A stretch of DNA of 64,000 bases from Bryobacteraceae bacterium (GTDB lineage: Bacteria > Acidobacteriota > Terriglobia > Bryobacterales > Bryobacteraceae). The notes under the pieces are model-generated. The model worked only from the letters and a program-made list of their open reading frames with translations, ran no database searches and had not been told where the DNA came from. Positions within the stretch are counted from its first letter, which is position 1. Every line of letters starts with the position of its first letter. The DNA lies in assembly GCA_963793625.1 (NCBI GenBank), contig CAWCAT010000009.1, positions 5,897 to 69,896 on the forward strand. The letters run 5' to 3'. The position numbers were made by a program, and so were the translations under genes. This document shows, piece by piece, positions 46,531-57,376 of the stretch.

Positions 46531-48319
46531 ATGTACCCGACCGCAGTACTGATCGCCTTGGGACTAGCCGCCTGCTCCCTGGCTGCCGATTCCAATACCC
46601 TGACCCCCGAAGAAAGCTCCGCTGGATTTCGTCTGATATTCGATGGACGCACTCTGGACGGATGGAAAACTTCCAAGGACAACTGGGACGTCAACAACGG
46701 CGCGATGCATGTGAAATCGAAAGGCGGATCGATCTTCTGGGCAGAGCGCAAGTTGCCCGAAGACTTCGAACTGCGCTTCGATTGGATGGTCGGACAGCAG
46801 GGCAACAGCGGTGTGCACTACCGCGGAGGGCAGTTCGAGTACCAGATCCTCGACAACCGGGCGGAAGCGCGCTACAAGCCGGCGGTTACGGCGGGTGCCA
46901 TCTATAGCATCGCGGGGGCTCCTTCCGATATCACGAATCCTCCGATGAAATGGAATACGGGGCGGCTTGCTCTGCCGCGGCAACCGTATCCAGCACTGGC
47001 TGAACGGGCAACTGGTCGCTGACGTGAATCTGGCCGGTCCGGAATGGCAGCCAATCCTGGAAAAGGAACGGCAGCGCCGGAGTCAGCTTCCCGCGCCTGG
47101 CCCGTCGCGCGACGGCTACCTGACGCTTTCTGACCACACCGGGACTGCGTGGTTCCGCAACATACGACTCAACCTGTCTGCAGAGAAGTCGAGCGCATTC
47201 AGGCACCTCTCCAGCAAGGCCGGTGATCTCGCGGCCCCGAACACAGGTACGCAGCAAACCTCCGCGACCGTTTTTGACATCGATCGGGACGGCGTTAACG
47301 ACTTCGTGATCACCGAACGCACCGCCGCACCGGCAGTCGTCTGGTACCGTCGAACCAAGACTGGTTGGGATCGCAATGTCATGGAAGCCAATCCGCTGCA
47401 CATCGAGGCGGGAGCGACTTTTGCCGATATTGACGGCGACGGCGATCTCGATTTCCTCGCTGGGGGCGACTACAAATTGAACGAAGTCTGGTGGTGGGAA
47501 AATCCTGCTCCGAACTTTGATCCGAATGTCCCGTGGAAGCGTCATGTTATCAAGAACACCGGGAGCGTCAAGCACCACGATCAGATCTTCGCCGACGTGG
47601 ATGGAGACGGAAAACCGGAACTGATTTTCTGGAACCAGAACGGGCGCAAGCTGTTCTTCGCGCGGATTCCGAAGGACCCGCGTAACGCCGGCCCATGGGA
47701 TCTGCACGATGCCTATTCATATGCGGCCGACAGCCAGATGGAACAGCGTGGCAAAGCGCCGCAGTCGGTCAACGAGCATGAGGGGCTCGCCATAGCGGAC
47801 GTCGACGGAGATGGCAAGCTCGACATCGTGGGCGGTGGGCGCTGGTTCAAATATGTGGGCAACGACAAATTCGAGGCACACGTCATCGATGCCGGTTATC
47901 AGTTCTCTCGTGCGGCCGCAGGGCAACTGATCGAGGGCGGGCGTCCCGAAATCGTTTTTGTTTCGGGTGACGGCGAGGGTCCACTCATGTTCTACGACTG
48001 GGTGAAGGGGACCTGGCGCAGCCACAAGCTCGCCGACATTCGAAACGGACACAGTCTCGCGCTGGTGGATTTCAACAAAGACGGGCACCTCGATATTTTT
48101 TGCGCCGAGATGCGCTTGGGTGGTGCCAACCCCGATGCCAAGGCGTACATTTTCCTGGGCGACGGGGCAGGAAATTTCAAGCAACAGGTCCTGTTCGAAG
48201 GCTTCGGCAATCACGAGTCAAGAATCGCTGATCTTGACGGCGATGGAACGCTGGATATTCTTGGTAAGCCCTACAATTGGGAGACGCCGCGACTGGATAT
48301 CTGGCTGAATCGGAAATAA
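46531..48319 (+). pseudogene. lipoprotein with DUF1080 (3-keto-disaccharide-hydrolase-like) domain fused to FG-GAP/VCBS repeats, one frame break
   Basis: Lipobox LGLAAC. The DUF1080 pattern is FRLIFDGRTLDGWK...FELRFDWMVGQQGNSGVHYR...EYQILDN...AGAIYSI...KWNTGR. It continues in the +1 frame as LLCRGNRIQHWLNGQLVADVN...WFRNIRL. FG-GAP-type repeats follow (FDIDRDGVNDF, ADIDGDGDLDF, ADVDGDGKPE, ADVDGDGKLD, VDFNKDGHLD, ADLDGDGTLD). The break is at 46963-46966. Confidence 0.7.
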
Positions 48320-48322
48320 CGT

Positions 48323-50629
48323 ATGAAAATTGCCTTGACCGTTCTTGCTGCAGTCGCTGTTGCCGCCGCTGCGCAGGACACACCCAGGAACCACGTCGAG
48401 GCGATGACCGGTTCGCAGCACGAATTCAAACTGCGCATGGGCGGAACCGTCGATGGCGAGAACAGCCGCGATCCGATCGTGTACAACGCCTGGAAAACGC
48501 GCTTTGAACCGATGCGTTACGTCAGGCTGGAAAACGTGGGCGATAGAGATATCGTCAACCCATGGGTATCCGTCAACGGCAAGCGGAACTGGCGCACGGC
48601 GAAGGACATTGCTGACGAGGCCGTCCGCTCCTACGGTGATCCGAAACAGCTGACCGACGCGGAAAAGGTGCGAGCGATCTGGGATTTTCAGCGCCAGCAC
48701 CGCTTTCATGCGACGACAGGTGACATGGAAGTGCGCGATCCCGTAAAAATGTTCAACGTTTACGGCTATTCGCTGTGCGGTGACAACGCTCCGGTACTCT
48801 CCGATTTGTGGCGCACGCAAGGCTTTCAGACGCGGCGCGGATTTCCGCTCGGGCACTGCGTCAGCGAAGTCTGGTACGGCGGCGGCTGGCACATGCTCGA
48901 TGCCGATGAGTCCGTAATTTTCCTGGATCGCGATAACCAGACGGTTGTGCCGGAGAAGCAGGTCGCGCATGACCACGACCTGGCCCGTCGCGGATACCGC
49001 AATGAGATGCTCGGGACACTCTACACGTATGATGCTGCGCATGGCGGAGATTTTCCGTCTCACGCGGATCATACGATGGCGTTCACGCTGCGTCCCGGCG
49101 AATCGATTGAGTGGCGCTGGGACAACGTAGGAAAGCATCATCGAGGACCGCTGCCGTCCCTTTACACTTTCACAACAACGGAGTTGAAGCGCTGGGGAGA
49201 TCAAGCATGGGCCACGCTCGCCAACGGCAAATGGTCATACACTCCGCGGCTGAGTTCTGCCGCCGGTCCGCAGACGTGGAAGATGGAGATGCCGTATGTG
49301 ATCGTCGGTGGCCGCCTGCGCGCGCGGGTTCGAGCGGGAGCGAAGAGCACGTTCCGAATCTCGTTTGATAACAGCAATTGGACCCCGGTACAGTCCGACC
49401 TGGATCAGTTCTTCCCGAGCGTTGGTACTGCAGTTTATCGATATTATTTGCAGGCTGACAATCCTGCCGCGCTCGAATCGCTCACGATTGAAAATGATCT
49501 GCAAATGGCGCGCCTCAGTCTGCCCGCGCTCGAACTCGGTGAGAACAGGATTTCGTACACAGACCAGACGAGCGGCCCGCGCGCTGTGCGGCTGAGTTTC
49601 GATTGGATGGAGCGCTCCGGAATCACGCCCCCGCCCGCTCCTGCAGCTCCGGAATATCCAGCCGACCGGGCCAGCGTGGAAGGTACGAATCTCACACTGC
49701 GTTGGCCGGGCGTTCCGGAGCACGCCGAATATCATTTTCAATTAGGCGATGATCCAAAACTTCGTTCGGCTTTGACGCCTGCCTTTGATGAGGTCGTTTC
49801 AACCGCCAGGTTCGAGATCAAGCGTCCAGGGCTGCTGAATCCTGGACAGACGTATTACTGGCATGTCCGGGCCCGTACGAGCGAGGGCGTCTGGGGTCCG
49901 TGGAGCAAGACTTGGAGTTTTGTGCCGCAGGCTCCGGGCGTGCCGTTGAAGGTCAGGCTGGAACAGTCTGCACCGGCCGAGTACACCCTCCGCTGGGACG
50001 CAAACCAACGCGGCCGCAAGCCGGCCCTGTTCAAAATTTATGCAAGCGACGAAAAGGGTTTCTCCGTCAGTGACGAGCCGTATCGCGTGCCAACTGGAAA
50101 CCAGAAAGTGCGCGGCTTATTTCCTGGCGAGCGATCGAAGACTTTCCCGGCTAACCTGCTCGCGACCACAAAAGACACCAGTTTCAAACTGTCGCCGACT
50201 CACGCTTTTTACCGCGTGGTGGCTGTCGATGAAAAGGGCAATCGGAGTGACTCCTCCGACTACGCCACTGCACCGCGCCCATTCATTTATTCACGGCCCG
50301 CCACGACTGGTAAGGTCGGGGAGCTATTCCGGTATGGCGCGAAGACGATCGCGTCCATTGGCGATTTGACGTATCGCGATTTCGGCCCAGGCCAGGCATA
50401 TCAGTCCGCCTACTGGGACGCTGACCAACCCACGTACTCGCTCGAATACGAAATGCCCCGCTGCGGTAATTTTGACCCGAAATGGCTTCGGATCGAGCCC
50501 AAAACGGGAATCCTGACTGGCACGCCCGGACCTGCCGATGCCGGGGAGTATCAGGTCAACATCAAAGTCGAAATTCCCGGCGCTGGCGTATATGTGCAGA
50601 GCTTTCCGCTGCGCATTGCGACCCGCTAA
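48323..50629 (+). CDS. exported transglutaminase-core (Cys-His-Asp) protein with C-terminal Ig-like domains
   Basis: Signal peptide MKIALTVLAAVAVAAAAQ. The core is YGYSLCGDNAPVLSDLWRTQGFQTRR...GHCVSEVWYGGGWHMLDAD. The C-terminus carries Ig-like repeats (…KTGILTGTPGPADAGEYQVNIKVEI…). It starts 4 nt after the preceding stop. Confidence 0.55.
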   Translation: MKIALTVLAAVAVAAAAQDTPRNHVEAMTGSQHEFKLRMGGTVDGENSRDPIVYNAWKTRFEPMRYVRLENVGDRDIVNPWVSVNGKRNWRTAKDIADEAVRSYGDPKQLTDAEKVRAIWDFQRQHRFHATTGDMEVRDPVKMFNVYGYSLCGDNAPVLSDLWRTQGFQTRRGFPLGHCVSEVWYGGGWHMLDADESVIFLDRDNQTVVPEKQVAHDHDLARRGYRNEMLGTLYTYDAAHGGDFPSHADHTMAFTLRPGESIEWRWDNVGKHHRGPLPSLYTFTTTELKRWGDQAWATLANGKWSYTPRLSSAAGPQTWKMEMPYVIVGGRLRARVRAGAKSTFRISFDNSNWTPVQSDLDQFFPSVGTAVYRYYLQADNPAALESLTIENDLQMARLSLPALELGENRISYTDQTSGPRAVRLSFDWMERSGITPPPAPAAPEYPADRASVEGTNLTLRWPGVPEHAEYHFQLGDDPKLRSALTPAFDEVVSTARFEIKRPGLLNPGQTYYWHVRARTSEGVWGPWSKTWSFVPQAPGVPLKVRLEQSAPAEYTLRWDANQRGRKPALFKIYASDEKGFSVSDEPYRVPTGNQKVRGLFPGERSKTFPANLLATTKDTSFKLSPTHAFYRVVAVDEKGNRSDSSDYATAPRPFIYSRPATTGKVGELFRYGAKTIASIGDLTYRDFGPGQAYQSAYWDADQPTYSLEYEMPRCGNFDPKWLRIEPKTGILTGTPGPADAGEYQVNIKVEIPGAGVYVQSFPLRIATR

Positions 50630-50663
50630 TCCGGCAACTCTGGTCTTCACGTATGATTAGGGC

Positions 50664-51260
50664 ATGAAGCTCTCAATTCCGGTCACATTGTTGCTGATGT
50701 GCGCTTCGGCATGGGCGCAAACCGATCGCTGGTTTTACCAGCCGCTCGGTCAGTTGAAGGACTTTCTGCAACTCTCAGACGGCCAACTTCAATCCATTCT
50801 CACGAACAATGAAGAGCACAACCGATGGTCGTCCGAGAAGCAAACCCGCATCTCGCAGCTGCAAACCGAGATCGCACAAGAGACCGCAAAGGACCGCCTG
50901 GACCCGAACGCTCTTGGCGTCCGTTACGCCGAGGTCGAGACCATTTGCCGAGAAATGAAGGATCGGGTAAACGTTTCCCGAACCCGCAATCTGGCGGTGC
51001 TCAGTCAGGATCAGAAAACCAAGCTGAAGGTTTTGGAAGACGCGGTGAAACTGGCTCCGATTATTGCGCAAGCGCAAGGCGGCAATCTGATCAGTGGATT
51101 CAGCTACCCTATACCCTACTTGACCAGTAGCTCTGGCAGCTCGAGCAACACTCTGATTGGCGGCATGATTGCTCCAACCGGCGGTTGCTACATGCCATTC
51201 CCGGCTGTCGTGATGCGTAATGGGGATTTCGGCGGCACGACTGGAAACGTGACCCGCTAA
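50664..51260 (+). CDS. periplasmic helical protein (Spy/CpxP-like LxxxQ repeats), function unknown
   Basis: Signal peptide MKLSIPVTLLLMCASAWA. LSDGQLQSIL and LSQDQKTKLKVL motifs are typical of Spy/CpxP-type periplasmic proteins. The C-terminus is Gly/Ser-rich. Confidence 0.45.
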   Translation: MKLSIPVTLLLMCASAWAQTDRWFYQPLGQLKDFLQLSDGQLQSILTNNEEHNRWSSEKQTRISQLQTEIAQETAKDRLDPNALGVRYAEVETICREMKDRVNVSRTRNLAVLSQDQKTKLKVLEDAVKLAPIIAQAQGGNLISGFSYPIPYLTSSSGSSSNTLIGGMIAPTGGCYMPFPAVVMRNGDFGGTTGNVTR

Positions 51261-51499
51261 AAACGGCACCACCTGGCGTAAAGCGACATTCACGCAGTCA
51301 GGTTGAACTGGGGTGTTCGATCAAGGTCCATCCCAACTTCTTCGCCATCTGCTGTACATAATTCCTTTGCTGTTCCAGTTCATGTGCTGGATCGGGGCGT
51401 TTTCGTGTCATTGGCTCATCAGACAAGCCGGATTCGAGAAATGTCAGCTATTGAGAGTTTGAGGAGTTGGGGTGAGTGAGGTTTACTGGGGAGGGGTCT

Positions 51500-51576
<77 letters not shown>

Positions 51577-51704
51577 GAACTATCCTAGCGCAGTGGTTTC
51601 TCAGGGTCAATCTTTTGCGCGATATTTGAGAGCCCAAGTTCTGCCCGAAGCTGGATACACTGGTGAAGGACTGTCCGCGTCACAGCGCGGCGGTTGGAGG
51701 AACC

Positions 51705-52601
51705 ATGAAGTTGGCTTTCGGGAGCTGGGCTTTTTCGTTCGGGCCCTATGCGAGTCATCCCGTGCCGTTCGATAAAGCTGCCAGACGCGTGGCGGAAGCG
51801 GGCTACGATGGCATCGAAATCTGTGGCTTTCCGCCGCATGTATCCACCGAAGCTTATTCGAGCAAGGAGTCCCGCCGCGACCTGGTCAATCTGCTGTCAG
51901 ATCTGAATCTCGGCGTGGCGGGATATCTGGGGGACTTCAGCGCAGTCAATCCCGTCGTTGTGAGCCACACGGGAAAATATCTGGATGTCTTTCGCAAGAA
52001 CATTGAATTATGCGTGGATCTGGGCAGCCCCTCGATTCGCGTCGATACTGTAGCCGCTCCTGGATCCATAAGCAGCTCCGAGTACAAGAGCGCTTTCGGC
52101 CGGTTGGCTGAAACATGGTGGTGGGCCGCTGATTATGCGCGCAACGCAGGCGTGCGCACCATTTGGGAATTCGAGCCTGGGTTCGTTTTCAACAAGCCTT
52201 CGGAAGTGCTGGCGATGCATGACGCCGTGGCACATCCTAATTTTAAGGTCATCTTTGATAGTGCACATGCCTACATGTGCAGCGTGGTGGGCGCGAGGCA
52301 ACATGGACCGAAGGAAACGCTCGGCGGCGGAGTACAGGAGTTTGTGAAGAGACTTGGCAATCGCATCGGGCACGTGCATCTGGTGGATTCCGATGGCACG
52401 CTGTACGGCGACGAAACCAGCACACACAAGCCGCTCGGCCAGGGGCTGATTGATTTTCGCGCACTCGCACCGGTGTTGGCCGCACTTCCGCTGGTCGAAT
52501 GGTGGTGTGTAGATCTGTCCTTCTGCCCCGATGCCTGGGATATTCTGGACGATAGTCTCGAATACGTTCATCAATTGCTCGGAAGAAAAGTAACCGTATA
52601 G
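51705..52601 (+). CDS. xylose-isomerase-like TIM-barrel protein (sugar phosphate isomerase/epimerase family)
   Basis: GGAGGAACC lies directly upstream of ATG 51705 (the ATG follows the final CC with no spacer). MKLAFGSWAFSFG...AGYDGIEICG...SIRVDTV...IWEFEPGF...FKVIFDSAHAYM...GHVHLVDSDG... This is the characteristic AP-endonuclease-2/TIM-barrel metal-site pattern. Confidence 0.8.
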   Translation: MKLAFGSWAFSFGPYASHPVPFDKAARRVAEAGYDGIEICGFPPHVSTEAYSSKESRRDLVNLLSDLNLGVAGYLGDFSAVNPVVVSHTGKYLDVFRKNIELCVDLGSPSIRVDTVAAPGSISSSEYKSAFGRLAETWWWAADYARNAGVRTIWEFEPGFVFNKPSEVLAMHDAVAHPNFKVIFDSAHAYMCSVVGARQHGPKETLGGGVQEFVKRLGNRIGHVHLVDSDGTLYGDETSTHKPLGQGLIDFRALAPVLAALPLVEWWCVDLSFCPDAWDILDDSLEYVHQLLGRKVTV

Positions 52602-52616
52602 ACCACAGGTGAGGAT

Positions 52617-53393
52617 ATGGACTGCGATCAGATTGAGCAGGAGCAACTACTCGAGAAGTATCTGGCAGCGGAACTGCCCCGGTCTCAAAGAGACCTGCTG
52701 GAATCTCACCTGCGCTCCTGTGTCAAATGCAATCCGCGGATGAGGAAGCTGAAAGCCGACAAGCGCGGCGAACCTGCAAAGCTGGATCCAGTGATGCAGC
52801 CAAGGCCAGAGCCGGTGAAACCTGAGGTCACCGCAGCCAAAATCTCCAGATTCACGAAGCCCCTGGTTGCGACCGCGATTCTAGTGATACTGATTGGCGT
52901 CGGGTTCGTGTTCTGGCTCAAGTCCGATGGTGGGGGCGCGGCTCCAAGGCGGCTGTACCTGCGGTGGTGCCGGTTCCAGTTCAGATGAAGACGGATGACC
53001 TGCAGTTGACGTCGGCAGCGGCGTCCCAAGAGCTTGCAGGATTCAGCCCGTTACCGTACAGCTGCGCCGATTGGCAAGCGTCCCGCGCTGGTCTGGACGC
53101 TCGCCTTCGAACCGCGATGGAGCTGTACATGAAGAGGCAATTCAAGGAAACAGCCGGCCTTTTGCAGGAAATCCTCAAGCTGGCTCCGGATTTTCAATAT
53201 GCGAGGCTGTATCTGGGAGTCTGCCAGGTTGTCAACGGAGAAAATGTCGCAGGCTGAAGTAGAGCTACGCCGGGTGGTGGCTGCCGGCGGGCCTTACCGC
53301 GATGAAGCGCGTTTCGTTCTGGCAAAGGCGCTGTTTGCCCAAGGGAACATGGAGGAGGGTTCCAAGGAGTTGCGCACTCGTGGCAGCGACTGA
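52617..53393 (+). pseudogene. zf-HC2 anti-sigma-like membrane protein with TPR-like C-terminus, two frame breaks
   Basis: The protein reads in three pieces. N-terminus: MDCDQIEQEQLLEKYLAAELPRSQRDLLESHLRSCVKC (zf-HC2 pattern), one TM helix (ATAILVILIGVGFVFWL), then ...GGGAAP. Middle: KAAVPAVVPVPVQMKTDD...ELYMKRQFKETAGLLQEILKLAPDFQYARLYLGVCQVVNGENV. End: QAEVELRRVVAAGGPYRDEARFVLAKALFAQGNMEEG... Breaks lie near 52940 and 53250. There is no adjacent sigma-factor gene. Confidence 0.5.
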
Positions 53394-53540
53394 AGGCCCG
53401 GCCGGCGAATGTTGCCAGACGCATGTTACCGCTTCTGGACAAGGTGAAGTAGACTGACAGAGACCGGGTTCGAGCGGTGAGTTGCGTCCTACGTGAGTTG
53501 CGCCCTATATGCTAAGATCTAATTTTCCCTGAGGATTGTT

Positions 53541-54250
53541 GTGGATAGAATTACGCGTAAAGACCTGAAGCACGATAAGTTTGCCGAGGAAGTCACTCAT
53601 ACAGTCGAGTATGTGGGCCATCACCGAAAGGACGTGGTCAAGTACGGCGTTGTCGTGCTCGTAATCCTTGTTCTTGGTATCGGTACCTGGGTGTACCGCG
53701 GCCGCAGCAGCGGCGGAACGCCAGACCGAACTCACCCAAGCGATGCGCGTGCAGGCCGCCGCCATCGGACCGAATTCCGGCAACCCGCTGATCGTCACCT
53801 TCCCGACGCAAGCTGAAAAAGAGCAGGCGACGATCAAGGCTTTCAATGAGTTCATTTCGAAGTACTCCGGCTCCGATGAAGCTTACATGGCCAGGTACTA
53901 CCTGGGCGTGGTGGCGGCTGACGCCGGCAAGATGGCCTGACGCCGAGAAAGTCGTTCCAGGAAGTCGCAAAGGACGGACCGACAGCAATTGCGTCGCTGG
54001 CGAAACTGGCTTTGGCGCAGATCTACCAGGCGCAGTCCAAAACCGCCGACGCTGAAAAGCTGCTGCGCGGACTGATGGAGAAGCCGACGACCGCTGGTTT
54101 CCAAGGAACAGGCGACCATCTCGCTCGCCCGTTTGGTCGCTCCGACAAACCCGGCTGAGGCGCGCAAGCTGCTTGAGCCGTTGCGCGAAGGCCGCAGTCC
54201 GGTAAGCCGCGCCGCGCTGACGCCTGTTGAGCGAACTACCGAACAAATAG
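53541..54250 (+). pseudogene. membrane-anchored TPR protein (YfgM-like), about four frame breaks
   Basis: The protein reads in five pieces. (1) MDRITRKDLKHDKFAEEVTHTVEYVGHHRKDVVKYGVVVLVILVLGIGTWVY. (2) ...AAAERQTELTQAMRVQ...EKEQATIKAFNEFISKYSGSDEAYMARYYLGVVAADAGKM. (3) ...KSFQEVAKDGPTAIASLAKLALAQIYQAQSKTADAEKLLRGLMEKPTT. (4) LVSKEQATISLARLVAPTNPAEARKLLEPL... (5) ...LLSELPNK*. Breaks lie near 53700, 53937, 54085 and 54222. Confidence 0.5.
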
Positions 54251-54258
54251 GCAATTGC

Positions 54259-55390
54259 ATGGATTCCACGCTCCGGAGACTGCGTTTCCCGGTGCAACTC
54301 GCACGGGGGCGCCGCTATCCGGAGCTGCCTCATCCCTACCGCAACGAATTCCAACGTGACCGCGATCGAGTGGTCCATGCCCGCGCCTTCCGCCGTCTTG
54401 AGAATAAAACCCAGGTCTTCCCGCCCGGCGTGTCCGATCATTTTCGCAACCGCCTGACTCATACCATCGAGGTTTCGCAAATCGCGCGCACGGTCGCGTC
54501 GGTGCTGGAACTCGATGAGGATCTGACCGAGGCACTGGCCCTGGCGCACGACATCGGCCACCCCCCATTCGCTCACTCGGGCGAGGAGGAACTGAATCGG
54601 GAAATGGCGCGCTTTGGCGATCATTTCGATCACAACATCCACGCCCTGCGCATCGTGGAGCAGTACGAGCGGCGCTATGCGCGCTTTCCAGGACTGAACC
54701 TGACTTTCGAAGTCCGCGAAGGCATGGCCAAGCACTCGCGCGATTTCGAGCCCGGCGAGTTTCCTGAGCTGGATCAATACCTGCCCGGGTTACGTCCTCC
54801 GCTGGAGGCCCAGATCATCGACCTGGCTGACGAGATTGCGTACAACACTGCGGATCTTGACGACGCCTATTCCGCGGGTCTGATTCCGTTGGATGACCTC
54901 TGCCACGCCGTGCCCGCTCTATGCGGAACTTCGCGAGAAAGTCGAGATGCAGTACCCCGGAGCGCCCGATGGCGTCAAGTTCAATGAGACGCTGCGGTCG
55001 TTGATCAATTGTCTGGTGTCGGGCATGGTTACGGGCACGCTTGCCGCGGCGAACGAAGCCGGAGTCGATGAGGTGGAAGCCGTGAGGCAGCATCCGCAAC
55101 GGTTGATCCGCATGACGTCCGATGTGCAGGTTGCCGACGCGGAGTTGAAGCGCTTCCTGGCGCAGACCGTCTATCACTCGGAAACCGTGCAGGCGGCACG
55201 CAATGACACGGCTGGCATGATTCCGCGCCTGTTCCGATATCTCGTCGAGAATCCAGAAAGCATGCCGGAATCGACAGTGGCGCAATTGGACGAATTGCCT
55301 GTTCACAGGGTGGTTTGCGATTACGTCGCGGGCATGACGGATACTTACCTGCAGCGCGTGTACGAACAGATTTTCGGCCAGTCGAGCTAA
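54259..55390 (+). pseudogene. dgt: dGTP triphosphohydrolase-like HD-domain protein, one frame break
   Basis: ...YRNEFQRDRDRVVHARAFRRLENKTQVF...HFRNRLTHTIEVSQIARTVA...ALAHDIGHPPFAHSGE... The sequence reads ...LDDLCHAVP up to the break. It continues in the +1 frame as LYAELREKVEMQYPG...VCDYVAGMTDTYLQRVYEQIF. The break is at a CCC run at 54913-54915. Confidence 0.8.
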
Positions 55391-55517
55391 ACGAAACGGC
55401 AAACAGCGCACGCACTTGCTGACGCGCGTGCCTCGTCGGACGCGTAAACGTAGGGGAGAGTGTGACCGATTTAAAGGTCAGTTCAACGATCCGGCACCCG
55501 GCGCGCGTCAAACCTAT

Positions 55518-56157
55518 GTGATCCGAATCGCTCTTTTTGTGTGTCTCGCGGCGGCCGTGCCGTCGATGGCGGCTGATAACGACCTGACGCGTCTGCTGAA
55601 GGGCGTTGAAGAACGCTATAACAAGGCGCGCACGCTAAAGGTCTTGTTCTCACAAGGTTACCAGCAAGGGAGCGGGCGCCGGGTCGAGAATGGCGAGCTG
55701 CTTTTGCGCAAGCCCGGCAAGATGCGTTGGACGTACGCCAATCCTGCCGGTAAGTTGTTCATTTCAGACGGAAAGAACGTCTTTTTATACAGTCCGGCGA
55801 CAAACCGGGTGGATAAGATTAAGCTGAAAGAAGCGGATGATATGCGCGCACCGCTCGCATTCCTGTTGGGCAAGCTCGATTTCTCTCGTGATTTCAAAGA
55901 CTTCGAAGCCACGAAGGACGGCGGGAACACCATCGTCAGCGCAATGCCGAAATCTGACAAACTGCCCTACGCCAAGGTTAATTTCACCGTTTCGCCCGGA
56001 CTTGGAGATCCGCCGCCTGGTTGTCAACGGGCAAGATCAATCCGTGCTCGAATTTCAATTTGCGGACGAAAAGCTGAATCCGGTGCTCGACGACAAAACT
56101 TTCCAATTTCAGCCGCCTAAAGGCGCAGAGATCGTTGATGCAACAGGACAAAAATAA
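55518..56157 (+). pseudogene. lolA: LolA-like outer-membrane lipoprotein carrier, one frame break
   Basis: GTG 55518 opens the signal peptide VIRIALFVCLAAAVPSMAA. The body reads ...RYNKARTLKVLFSQGY...GELLLRKPGKMRWTYANPAGKLFISDGKNVFLYSPATNRV...APLAFLLGKLDFSRDF...KVNFTVSP. It continues in another frame as DLEIRRLVVNGQDQSVLEFQFADEKLNPVLDDKTFQFQPPKGAEIVD. The break is near 56005. Confidence 0.6.
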
Positions 56158-56159
56158 GC

Positions 56160-57367
56160 GTGCCTGAGTTCAGCCTGAAATATGCCGACGCGCGTGGCGC
56201 GATCCACAACCTGGTGGCGGAAGCTGCGACTGAGCAGGAATTGCGCGACCGTTATGGCAAGGCAGGGTTTTCTGGTTTATTCGGTCAAGCCGCGCGGCGC
56301 AGTGCAGTCGTTCTCGCGCAGCATGGGGCGGCAAGACCAAGCTCAATCTGGAAAAGTTCCTGATCTTCAATCAGCAATTTGTCACGCTGGTGAAAGCCGG
56401 GCTGCCAATCTTGAAGGCGCTTGACCTGCTTGCCGACCGCCTGACCGACGCCAAACTCGGCCCCTATATTCGCAATGTGCGCGACGACGTCCGCAAAGGT
56501 GCGCTGCTCTCGGACGCGTTTAACGATCAGGGTATCTTTCCGCCGATGTTCGTCACCTCCGTGATGGCCGGCGAAAAGAGTGGCTCGCTTGTGGAAGTGC
56601 TTGAGCGTTTCATCATTTATCAAAAACTGGCGCTCGCGATCCGCAAGAAAATCATGCTCTCGCTGCTGTATCCGGCGGTGCTGATTTTCCTTGTCATGTG
56701 CCTGATTGTGTTTCTGGTCACGACAGTGGTGCCGGCCTTTGCAGACCTTTACACGTCGATGAAGGCCAAACTGCCGATGATCACGCAAGTGATGATTGCG
56801 GTAGGTACGACGGCACGCAATTATGTGCTGGGGGGCTTTGTTCTGTTGGTAGTGGGCATCGTCTCTTTACGGTTCTGGGCAAAAACGGAAACGGGCAAGA
56901 ACTTCTTTGATCGCATCAAAATGCGCACGCCGGTCTTTGGCGATGTCTGGATCAAATATCAGGTGGCGCAGTTCGCGCGCGTTCTGAGCACGCTGTTAGT
57001 CGGCGGAATTCCCCTGGTGCAGGCGCTGGATACGGCTGCAGATTCACAAGGGACGACGGTAATCCGGAAGGCGCTCGGCACGACCAAAAAACTCGTGCGC
57101 GAAGGCCAGTCGCTGGCTACGTCGCTGTCCAAGACGGGGATTTTCCCCAGCCTGGCGGTCGACATGATCGAGGTCGGGGAATCGACGGGCGCGCTGCCCG
57201 CGATGCTGAATAGCGTCTCGGAGTTTTACGAAGACGAAGTCAGCACGCGCATGACTGCATCACTCTCGTTGATCGAGCCCGCGATCATGATTTTTATGGG
57301 CGGCTTTGTCGCCCTCGTACTGATCGCGCTGTATCTGCCGATCTTCACTTTGACGGAGTCGTTGTAA
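56160..57367 (+). pseudogene. pilC: type IV pilus/T2SS platform protein PilC (GspF family), two frame breaks in the N-terminal ~70 codons
   Basis: GTG 56160 opens MPEFSLKYADARGAIHNLVAEAATEQELRDRYGK. This is followed by QGFLVYSVKPRGAVQSFS..., then GGKTKLNLEKFLIFNQQFVTLVKAGLPILKALDLLADRL..., and then an intact GspF double repeat to the stop. Breaks lie near 56262 and 56320. Confidence 0.8.
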
Positions 57368-57376
57368 GGAGTAAAC

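Noticed and set aside
51298-51411. 37-codon ORF beside the tRNA-Met, considered as a possible remnant of a recombinase/integrase marking a genomic island.
   Set aside because: It is too short for any homology call by eye. No integrase gene or att-like repeat of the tRNA 3' end was seen in the window. It is kept only as a note within the tRNA finding.
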